Assembly: GCA_042219045.1 (NCBI GenBank) | Contig: JBDGQO010000102.1 | Coordinates: forward strand, 2,343 to 16,205 | Origin: Candidatus Bipolaricaulia bacterium | Lineage (GTDB): Bacteria > Bipolaricaulota > Bipolaricaulia > RBG-16-55-9 | Reading direction: 5' to 3' | DNA: 13,863 bases | Shown here: positions 1-10,500 of the stretch, in pieces | Layout of the letters: each line of letters begins with the position of its first letter | How positions within the stretch are numbered: the first letter of the stretch is position 1 | Program-made: the position numbers and the translations under genes | Notes under the pieces: generated by a model | Told to the model about the DNA's origin: nothing | What the model saw: the letters and a program-made list of their open reading frames with translations, nothing else | Database searches by the model: none

Positions 1-978
1 GGACGGCGTTGGGCCATGTGTGCCATCGCGATCGGGATCCTCCTGGCGACGGCCGTCGTCGGATTCGGCAATGCGCAGGACGAAGGGGCCCAGAGCCCGA
101 GCGCGGGCGTCGAGCGCGGCTCGCTCATCAAGTTCGGCGAGGGCGTCGCGCTCGGGCCCAACGAGCGGACCGACAACATCGTCGTCTTCGGCGGCGACGT
201 GGCCGTGATGGGCGACGTTCGGCAGAACGTCGTCGTCATTGGCGGCGACGTTCGCGTATCGGGTCGCGTTGGCGACGCCGTCGTGTCCGTGGGGCAGGAC
301 GTCGTGCTGGAAGCGAGCGCGGTGGTCAATGGCGACGTCGTCTCCGTGGGCGGAAACGTGCGGCGTGCCGCGAACGCCGTCGTCAACGGGGACGTCACCG
401 TCGTGGCTTGGAGCGGCCTCGGCGAGAGCTGGGAGGAGGTCGTCGGCTTCGGGGTCCTGGCGTTCCTCGGCCTCAGCCTCTGGGGCTTTGTCGCCTGGCT
501 GATCGTCATGTTCGTGATCGGCTGGCTGCTGCTCAGCCTGTTGCCTAAGCCGATGGAGCGACACATGGATGCCTTCCGCACCAGCCCGATGCACACCCTC
601 GGTTGGGGCGTGCTGGCGTTTCTGCTCTTCGTGCCGTTGATGGTGGTTTTGATCTTCACCGTCCTCGGCATCGCGCTGATTCCGCTGTTGGTGCTGGCCT
701 ACGTGTATGCCGGGATCGTCGGCGTGGTCGTGAGCGCGCTCTTGTTGGGCCACAAGCTGAGCGATCCGCTCAAGCGCGAGCACATCAGCCCCGTCGCGGC
801 GCTCGCCATTGGGCTCGTCATTCTCGGGTTGATCCGCCTGATTCCCGTGTTGGGCGCGATCGTCACGCTGGTGCTGTGGCTGTTCGGCTTCGGCATCGTC
901 CTGGGCACGCGGTTCGGGACGCGGTCGTATGGGCCTCAACAGCGCCGCCCGGCAACGGCGACCGAGGCCGAGACATAG
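1..978 (+). CDS. Membrane protein with N-terminal signal/TM segment, bactofilin-like (polymer-forming) beta-helical repeats and a C-terminal multi-pass TM domain; probably 5'-partial
   Basis: ORF 16..978, but frame 1 is open to base 1 (GRRWA-MCAIAIGILLATAVVGFGNAQ), giving a basic n-region, h-region and AQ cleavage site. ~17-aa repeats such as VVVFGGDVAVMGDV, VVVIGGDVRVSGRV and VVSVGGNV..AVVNGDV are followed by several hydrophobic helices. Stop is TAG 976..978. Confidence 0.8.
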   Translation, partial: GRRWAMCAIAIGILLATAVVGFGNAQDEGAQSPSAGVERGSLIKFGEGVALGPNERTDNIVVFGGDVAVMGDVRQNVVVIGGDVRVSGRVGDAVVSVGQDVVLEASAVVNGDVVSVGGNVRRAANAVVNGDVTVVAWSGLGESWEEVVGFGVLAFLGLSLWGFVAWLIVMFVIGWLLLSLLPKPMERHMDAFRTSPMHTLGWGVLAFLLFVPLMVVLIFTVLGIALIPLLVLAYVYAGIVGVVVSALLLGHKLSDPLKREHISPVAALAIGLVILGLIRLIPVLGAIVTLVLWLFGFGIVLGTRFGTRSYGPQQRRPATATEAET

Positions 979-1127
979 GGGCTTTGAGACGTGACGCCGG
1001 CCGAGGTTTGAGCGACGATCCGTTCAACCGTCGTGGCCTGCCGAGTCGATCGGATGCGGGCTTGGCTTGCTCGCTCCTCGGGAGCCCGTTTCGTGCGTTA
1101 CAGACCGTTTGTCACATAATGATGTAG

Positions 1128-1157
1128 TTGAAAGTGGCAAGCTACGACATATAAGAT
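1128..1157 (+). promoter_or_regulatory. Putative sigma70-type promoter for the riboswitch/adhesin transcript
   Basis: Local AT-rich patch in GC-rich DNA. TTGAAA at 1128..1133, then TAAGAT at 1152..1157 (18-nt spacer) or TATAAG at 1150..1155 (16-nt spacer). The predicted start lies about 20 nt before the aptamer. Confidence 0.5.
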
Positions 1158-1183
1158 TGGCTCGACGCGTACGCTCGGAGCTT

Positions 1184-1266
1184 GAAAAGCGATAAGGGCA
1201 CATCCGGAGCAATCCGGACTCGCAAAGCCACAGATCCTCCCGAGATGGCTGGGCCGCCGTCTTTTC
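1184..1266 (+). ncRNA. Cyclic di-GMP-I (GEMM) riboswitch aptamer
   Basis: P1: GAAAAGCG (1184..1191) pairs with CG-t-CTTTTC (1258..1266). P2: TCCGGA-GCAA-TCCGGA (1203..1218) with a GNRA tetraloop. Hallmark AGGGCA...CGCAAAGCC junction. P3: GCC-A-CAG-ATC...GAT-GG-CTG-GGC. Spacing matches the V. cholerae Vc2 aptamer as I recall it (G20=1197, A47=1224, C92=1257). Located in the 5' UTR of a surface protein gene. Confidence 0.88.
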
Positions 1267-1313
1267 TCGCTTCGCATCGACAACGCTTTGCCAACTGGAA
1301 GCAAAACCCTGTC

Positions 1314-1319
1314 GGGAGG
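1314..1319 (+). promoter_or_regulatory. Shine-Dalgarno site of the giant protein
   Basis: GGGAGG 6 nt upstream of ATG 1326, which opens a signal peptide. Confidence 0.8.
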
Positions 1320-1325
1320 CGTTTT

Positions 1326-1553
1326 ATGCATCGGCGGCTCGCCATAGCGCTGCTCAGTGTCGTCCTGGTGGCCAGCGTCGGAATCGCCCAATCCGGCGAC
1401 GACGAACTCGCGGATTACGGGGACGCGCCGGACGGTCAATCCCCCAACTACCGCTTTGCCGATCCAGACGCTCGCGAGGCCGGCTTTCCCACCCTCCAAA
1501 ACGAGGACAACCCCGATGAACTCGACTTCGTCCGACACCGCAACCCGACCTAG
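1326..1553 (+). other. 75-aa N-terminal segment (signal peptide + DYGDAP motif) ending at the in-frame amber codon
   Basis: ATG 1326 to TAG 1551..1553. Reading through gives ...FVRHRNPT*RVFLGREVTVERNGK, which continues into the giant ORF. Confidence 0.8.
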
Positions 1554-4500
1554 CGGGTCTTTCTCGGCCGCGAGGTCACCGTGGAGCGCAACGGCAAGAC
1601 CGTCGACGAGGACGAGGACGACACGTTCTTCTTCGACGACGTGGAGAGCTGGTCCTCGTTTCCCGGATTGCGGAGCTTTCCCACGTGCAATCAGAGTGAC
1701 CTGAACGTGCGAGTCAATGTTCCCGAGGAGGCGCCGGCCGCCGAATATTACCTGAACGTCCTGGTCGATTGGAACCACGACGGCCGCTGGCGCGGGGCTG
1801 TGCGCTGCCCGGGTTCGTCTGACGTCGGCGACGACGGCCTCGTCCCCGAGTGGACCGTTCAGAATGCGGAACTGCATGCCGAGCCCTACCAATTGGCCCC
1901 CGGCTTCAACGGCCTGATCCGCTTGACTGACGTGCCGACCGGCCCCGACATGGGCGAGATGTGGGTGCGGGTGACCGTGACGACCGAGCCGATCGACACG
2001 GAGCGGTTCGTGCCCGTCCGAGACGGCGGTTCCGGCTGGAACGGCCAAGGCAGATTCCCCTTTGGCGAAACGGAGGACTACTTCAGCTGCCTCTTCCAGG
2101 AGTCGGTCGACCGCGATGAGGGCTTTGATCCGCTTTCTTCCGAATGTCCAGACCCATTGGAGGATGACGATCAGCCCATCGATCCGCCCCCCGACCAAGA
2201 GACGCCCCGCGCCTGCCCCGCCGACAATCGCGCTCCGCAGACGACCGATCGAATCGTCAACGTCCAATCCGGCGACTCGGTGGCATTCGAGCTTGAGGCC
2301 ACGGACCCCGACGGCGATGCCTTGAGCTATCGGGTTGTGGAGGGGCCCATCAACGGTCGATTGCGCGGGACCCCGCCCGAGCTCACCTATGAGGCGCCGG
2401 ACGGCTTCCGCGGCACCGATATCATCAAGGTGGAGGTCCAAGACTCCAACTGCGGCGTCGCGCGCATGCAGGTTTTCATCACGGTCGATAACTCGCCGCC
2501 GACGGCAACCGACCAAGAACACGAGATCGCTGAGGACACGACGCTGCCGTTGACATTGGGCGGCGACGATCCCGATGGCGACGAGCTGAGCTGTCGCCTG
2601 GTGACGCCGCCGGAGCACGGCGACGTCGTCGTCAACGAGGACTGCAGCGCGGAATACATTCCCGACCCCGATTTCAACGGCGAGGATGCCTTCGAGTTCG
2701 AGGTCGACGATGGCCAGGGCGGCACCGACGTCGGCCGAGTGGATATTACCGTCACGCCGACCAACGACCCGCCTGTGGCCGAGGACAATACGGGCATCAG
2801 CACCGACGAGGACACCGACGCCACGATCGACGTGCTCGGCAACGACCGCGACGTCGACGGCGACGAGCTGACGATTACGAACGCCACCGACTCCGCCAAC
2901 GGCGGAAACGTGACGGTCAACCCCGATGGCACGCTGACCTACTCCCCGCTGGCGGACTTCAACGGCACCGACACGTTCGACTACACCATCTGCGACCCGG
3001 ACAACGCGTGCGACACCGCGACGGTCACGCTCGAGGTGACCGCGGTCAACGATCCGCCGGTGGCCGACGACGACTCGGCCACGACGGACGAGGACACGCC
3101 CGTCAACGTCGACATTCTCGACGGGGACACGGACGTCGACGGGAACGTCGATCCGAGCACCGTGCAGATCGGGACGCCGCCCAGCCATGGGCAAGTGACT
3201 GTCAACTCCGACGGCAGCGTCGACTACGTCCCCGACCCCGACTTCAACGGCACGGACACGTTCACCTACACCGTCTGTGACGACGGCTCGCCGACCCCGA
3301 TCGAGTGCAGCAACGAGGCGACCGTCACGATCACGGTCAATCCCGTCAACGACCCGCCCAATGTGGCCACGATTCCGAATCAGACGATCCCGGAGGATCG
3401 GACGCTCACGGTCGACGTGAGCTGCACCGACATCGACGGCGACACACTGTCAGTCGCCGCGGCCAACCTCCCCAGCGGGGCCAGCTTCGTCGACAACGGC
3501 GACGGGACAGGGACGCTGACCTACGCGCCCGCGTTCGGCGTCGTCACCCATCCCGACACGGAGCGCCGCTTCAGCGATGTTGAGGTCACGTGCGACGACG
3601 GCAACGGCGGGACCGACACCGAGGCGTTCGACATGACCGTCACCGACGTCAACCGCGCCCCGCAGCCGAGCGACGACAGCGCGAGCACCGACGAAGACAC
3701 CGACGTCACCATCGACGTGCTGACTAACGACGACGATCCCGACAGCGAGGACGCCATCGACACGACCCAGATCCCATCCGCCCCGTCGAACGGCAGCGTC
3801 GTCGTCAACGCCGACGGAACGGTGACCTACACGCCCGACTCGGACTTCAACGGGGAGGACTCATTCGTCTATGAAGTTTGCGACGACGTCGCCGCCCCCG
3901 ATCAAGCCTGCAGCACGGCGACGGTGAGCGTGGACGTGAATCCCGTCAACGACCCGCCGGTCGCCAGCGACGACACCGACAGCACCGACGAGGACACGTC
4001 CGTCACAGTTCCCGTTCTGGACAACGACAACGACGTCGACGGCGATTCGCTCACGATCACAAGCGCGACGCAGCCGACCAACGGCAGCGTCGACTGCTCG
4101 GGCGGCACGGAGTGCGTCTATACTCCCAATCCGGATTTCAACGGCCAGGACAGCTTCGACTACACGATCACCGACAACAACGGCGAGTTCGACACCGCGA
4201 CCGCGACGATCGACGTGGCGGCCGTGAACGACCCGCCGACGGCGGGCAGCGTCGATCGCTCCATGAAGGTCAACACGCCCAACGATCCGCAACAGCTCAA
4301 CGTCACGCTGCCCGTCAGCGACCTCGATGCCGACGACACCGTCGCCGCCGACTCGCTCAACTGCGCGCTCAGCGGGAGCGAGCCGGCCAACGGGAGCGTC
4401 AGCTTCGGGCCCGATTGCACCGTGACCTACACGCCGGATCAGAACTACGTCGGCCCGGACAGCTTCGACTACGAGGTCTGCGACGACGGGACGAACGGCC

Positions 4501-7500
4501 CGCAGATGTGCGAGGCGGCCACGGTGGACGTCACGATCAGCAACGACGCGCCGACCGCCGATTCGGACAGCCTCAGCACCGACGAGGACACCTCCGTCGA
4601 TCTGACGCTGACCGGCAGCGACCCGAACGGCGACCCGCTCGACTTTGTCATCGAAAGCGGCCCGAGCGACGGCACGCTCACTTGTCCCGGCGACGCCACC
4701 GACGTCAGTCAGCTCGACTGCACCTACGATCCCGACCAGAACTTCAACGGCGCGGACAGCTTCGACTTCTCCGTGACCGACGTGCAGGGCGAGTCCGACA
4801 CCGCCACGGTGACGATCGACGTGGCGCCCGTGAACGACCCGCCGATGGCCCAGCCCGACTCGCATACCACCGACGAGGACACCTCGTTCTCGCTGACACT
4901 GGTCGGGAACGATCCCGACACGGGGGAGACGCTCAGCTATGCCATCACCGACGGCCCGGATTTCGGGACGCTCAACTGCAGCGGCCCGAGCTGCGACTAC
5001 GATCCCGACCTGAACGTCAACTCGACCAACACGCCGGACGCCGACGCGTTCACCTTCGAGGTCTGCGACGACGGCTCGCCGCAGCTCTGCGACACGGCGA
5101 CCCACACGATCGACATCACCGCCGTGGACGATGCCCCCGAACTGACGGCGATCGCCGATCAGACGATCCCCGAGGGTCAGACGCTCACGGTGAATCTGAG
5201 CTGCACCGACGTCGAGGGCGACCCCAAGACGCTGTCGGTGAGCAGTTCTGCGCTTCCGACAAGCGCCACGTTCACCGACAACGGCGATGGGACGGGCTCG
5301 ATCACTTACACGCCGCCGTTCGACGAGGTCCAGCACCCCTCGACGCAGGAGGCCTTCAGCGGCATCACCGTGACGTGCGAGGCGAACGGCCAGAGCGACA
5401 GCGACGACTTCGCCATCACGGCCACCGACGTCAACCGGGCACCGACGGCGGATGATGAAACGACCACGACCGACGAGGATTCCAGCACGACGATAGATGT
5501 TCTCACGGGCGACGGCGACCCGGACAGCGAGGACGTTCCGAATCTCTACGTCAATCGGGTGACCAGCGCCCCAAGCAACGGCTCGACGACGATCAACGGT
5601 GACGGGACGATCACATACGACCCGGATCTCAACTTTGACGGCCCGAGCGATTCGTTCGGGTATGAAGTCTGCGACGATGCGCCGGGCGAGCTCTGTACCA
5701 CGGCCACGGTGACGGTCAACATCAACGCCTTGAACGACCCGCCCGTGGCCGAGGACGACAGCGCCTCGACGCTGGAGGACAACGCCACGACCGTGGACGT
5801 GATTGCCAACGACAGCGACGTCGACGGCAACATCGATCCCGGTTCCGTCCAGGTGACCTCGGGACCGAGCAACGGGACCGCGACGGTCAACGCCGACGGC
5901 TCGATCGATTACGCTCCGGATTTGAACTTCAACGGCTCCGACAGCTTCGTCTACGAAGTCTGCGACGACGGCACGCCGACGCCGCCCAAGTGCACCACGG
6001 CGACGGTGGACGTCACGGTCTCGGCGGTGAACGACGCCCCGACCCTGACGTCGATCCCGGACCAGGAGATCTTCGAGGGGAACACGCTCAGCTTCGACGT
6101 CGCCTGCACCGACGTCGAGGGCGACAGCCTCACCATGAGCGCCAGCAACCTTCCCAGTGGGGTCAGCTTCGTCGACAACGGCGACGGCACGGGCACGTTC
6201 ACCTATTCGCCCGGGTTCGACATCGTCGATCACCCGGACACCCCCCCAACCTCCCCCGTCGACTTCACCGGCGTGACGACGACGTGCGAAGACACCGCCA
6301 ACGCCAGCGACAGCGACGACTTCACCATCACCGTCAAGGACACCGATCGGGCGCCGACGGCGAACAGCCAGAGCCTGACGCTGTTGGAGGACGGCTCGAC
6401 GTCGTTGCAGCTGTCGGGCAGCGACGTCGACGGCGACTCGCTGACGTTCGCCATCGCGTCCGGCCCGTCCCACGGGACGCTCAGTTGCACCCTGCCCGAC
6501 TGCACCTACGTTCCGGACGAGGACGTCAACAAGGACCTCATCGGCGGCGATGACCAGTTCACCTTCGAGGTCGACGACGGCTTCGGCAAGACGAATACGG
6601 GGACGGTCAACCTGACGATCCTGCCCCAAGAGGACCCGCCCGAAGCCAGCAACGACGACGGCGGCTCGATCGGCAGCGACAACACCGAAACCGCCGAAGA
6701 CACCAGCGTCACCATCGACGTCTTGGCCAACGACAGCGACCCGGACGGCGACAGTCTGTCGATCATCGGCTTCACGCAGGGATCGAACGGCAGCGTCAGT
6801 TGCAGCCCGTCCGACTGCGACTACAACCCTGACACCAACTTCAGCGGCACCGACTCGTTCGTCTACACGATCGAGGACACAAGCGGCAACACCGCCAGCG
6901 CGACGGTGACCGTCACGGTCACGCCCACCAACGACTCCCCGAGCGCGGGCAACCTCAGCTTCAGCGAGCCGGAAAACCACACCAACCCGCAAGAGATCAG
7001 CTTCGATCTGCCCGTCAGCGATCCCGATCTCCAGTGGGAAGGCGATTCGCTCACGTGCACGGTGACCTCAGGCCCAAGTCACGGAACGCTCGATCCGAAC
7101 AGTTCGACCGACTGCTCGCCGACCTATGGCTACACGCCGAACGCCGGCTTTGTCGGCAATGACTCGGTCACCTACGAGGTCTGCGACAGCTCCAACGCCT
7201 GCGCCAGCGGAACCGTGGATTTCACCATTGAAAACCTCGCCCCGGAAGCGATCCGCATCTCGACCGAGACCGAAGAGGACACCGAGCTGCCCTTCGCGTT
7301 AGCGGCTGAGGACGACAACAACGACCCGCTCAGCTATGAGATCATCACGCCGCCGTCGCACGGCACGCTCGACTGTCCCGATCTGACGACCCAACCCGAC
7401 TGCACCTATATTCCGAACCCGGACTTCAACGGCGACGACAGCTTCGACTATCGCGTCACCGACCCGCACGGCGCCAGCGACACGGCCACCGCCAACGTCA

Positions 7501-10500
7501 TCTCCGTCAACCCGATCAACGACCCGCCGGTGGCGGACGACGCCACGAAGACGACCGACGAGGACAAGGCGATCACGTTTGCGCTGCCGGTCAGCGACGT
7601 GGACGACGCGACGAGTGACCTGAGTTGTGCCCAGATCACGCCGCAGCCGAGCCGCGGAACGGTCAACATCGACAGCGCGACGTGCGAGGCGACCTACACG
7701 CCGGACGCTGACGCCAACGGCACCGACGAGTTCGCCTACCGCGTGACCGATCCGGACGGCCTGAGCAACGACGCGCTCGTCACCATTAACGTCGCCGCCG
7801 TGAACGATCCGCCGTCGGTGACCTGGGACGACGCGGACAACGCGATCAGCGTCGACGAGAACGCCACGATGACGGCGACGGTCACGTGCACTGATCCCGA
7901 CCAGGACTCGTTCTCGCTGTCGGTCGCCAACGCCCCGAGCGGCGTGTCGTTCACCGACAACGGCGACGGCACCGGGACGCTTACGTACACGCCGGGCTTC
8001 GACGTCGTGGCGCATCCGGACTCAACCCGACTGTTCAGCGACGTCCAAGTGGAGTGCAACGACGGGACCTCCACGGACAGCGACCTGTTGGACATCACCG
8101 TCAACGACGTCAACCGCGCCCCCGACGCCCAGAACGACAGCTACTCGACCCCCCAGGACACGCAACTGAGCGTCAACGCGAGCAACGGCGTCATCCAGAC
8201 GAACGACAGCGACCCCGACGGGGACACGTTGGAGGTCTCGGATTTTGACACGACGAGCGCCCAGGGCGGCACGGTGAGCGTGGACGCCGACGGATCGTTC
8301 ACCTACGATCCGCCGAGCGGCTTCAGCGGCACCGACAGCTTCAGCTATACCATCGACGACGGCTTCGGCGGCAGCGACACGGCCACCGTGGCGCTCGACG
8401 TGGAATCGCAGACTCCCGACGCCCAAGATCAGACGCTCGCCACGCCGAAGAACACCTCGCTCGGCATCGACATCACCACATCGGATCCGAACGGCGATCC
8501 GGTCAGCTACACGATCACGAGCGGCGTCAGCAATGGATCGCTCGACTGCAGCAGCATCCCGAGCTGCACCTATACTCCCAACACCGACTTTGTCGGCACG
8601 GATAGCTTCCAGTTCGAGGCGTGTGACGACGACAGCCCCCAGAATTGCGACACGGCCACGGTGACGATCGACGTGATCAACCAGGCCCCGAACGCCGTCG
8701 ACGATTCGCCGTCCACGAGCGAGGACACCGACCTCAACATTGACGTGCGCGCCAACGACACCGAGCCCGACGGCGACGTGTTGTCCCAGCCGACGGTCAC
8801 GAGCGGCCCGAGCAACGGCACAGCCACGGTCGAGAGCGACGGAACCATCACTTACAGTCCGAACCTCAACTACAACGGCAGCGACAGCTTCAGCTACGAG
8901 ATCTGCGACGACGACGCGACGAATCAACGCTGCGACACCGCCACGGTGTCGATCACGATCACCGCCGTGGACGACCCGCCGACGATCGACGCCATCAACG
9001 ATCAAACCACAACGGAAAATGCCGAGTTCAGCCTCAGCGTCACCTGCACCGACGTGGACACCCCGGCTGAGGATCTGTCGCTGACGGCCTCGAACCTGCC
9101 TCCGGAGAACGTCGTCTTCACCGACCTCGGCGGCGGCCAGGCCGAACTAACCTACACCCCGGATTTCGAGGTCGTGCAACATCCGGACACCCAAAGGGTC
9201 TTCAACGACGTGACGTTCACCTGCTCGGACACCAACGCCTCGACCGACGAGCTGTTCAACCTGACCGTGGATGACACCAACCGCGCCCCGACGGCCAACG
9301 ACACGACGATCGACATGAACGAGGACCGGCAGGCCCCGTTGGAGCTCTCCGGCGGTGACCTCGACGGCGACACGCTCGAGTTCGAGATCGTCAGCGGCGA
9401 ACGCCCCTCCAACGGCACGCTGACCTGCAACAACCTGCCCAACGACGGGGGCTGCACTTACGAGCCGGATCTGAACTACAACGGCTCGGACTCGTTCAAG
9501 TTCCGGGTCAAGGACGGCTTCGGCGGGACGGATGTCGGCACGTACAGCTTCGACATCGCCCCGGTCAACGACGCCCCGACCGCCGACCCGCAGACGACGA
9601 GCGCCATCGACGAGGACCGGACAAGCGAGTTCACGATCACCGTCAGCGGCAGCGACGTCGACGGCGATTCGTTGACCTACAGCTTGGCGAGCGGCGTCTC
9701 CCACGGGACGCTGGATTGCGCCAACATCGACGTCGACCAGACGTGCACGTATCTTCCGGACGCCGACTTCAACGGCGACGATTCGTTCACGTTCCAGGTT
9801 GATGACGGCAACGGCGAGACGGACACGGCGACGGTGACCATTCCGGTCAGCCCCATCAACGACGCGCCGACGGCCAACAACGTCAGCGGCGACACGTTCC
9901 AGGAGACCGAAGTCCAGATCGACCTCGACGTGGACGACGTCGACCTCGACTGGGAAGGCGAGACGCTGAGCTGCAGCACGGGCGCAACCGCGCCGAGCAA
10001 CGGCACGGCCAGCTACAACGACTGCGTACTCAGCTACACGTCGAACGATGGCTTCGTCGGCGACGAGACGTTCGACTACGAGGTCTGCGACGACGGCTCC
10101 AACGGCTCCGTCCGTTGCGACCAAGCGTCCGTGACGATCACCGTCAACAACCGCCAGCCGACGGCGTTTGACCTCAGCGCCGACCTCGACGAGGACGGCC
10201 AGGTCAACCTGACGCTCAACGGCAGCGATCCCGACGGCGACACGCTGACGTGCAGCTTGGTGAGCGGGCCCAGCAACGGCACCGCCACGGTGAACAGCGA
10301 CTGCACGGCCACTTATGAGCCCGACACGAACTACAACGGGGACGACACCTTCGATTTCCAAGTCGACGACGGCCTCGGCGGCACCGACACCGCGACCGTC
10401 TCGCTCAGCATCACGGCGGTCAACGATGACCCGAAGATCCAGGCCATCGCGGACCAGACGACGGCGGAGAACAGCCAGTTGACCGTCGACGTCACCTGCA

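Noticed and set aside
999..1091. Imperfect hairpins after the first gene as an intrinsic terminator
   Set aside because: Stems are short or bulged (e.g. GCTCC-TCG-GGAGC at 1073..1085) and lack a convincing U-tract.
1182..1325. N-terminal extension of the 123-aa ORF from TTG 1182
   Set aside because: It overlaps the riboswitch aptamer. ATG 1326 has a strong SD and begins a signal peptide.
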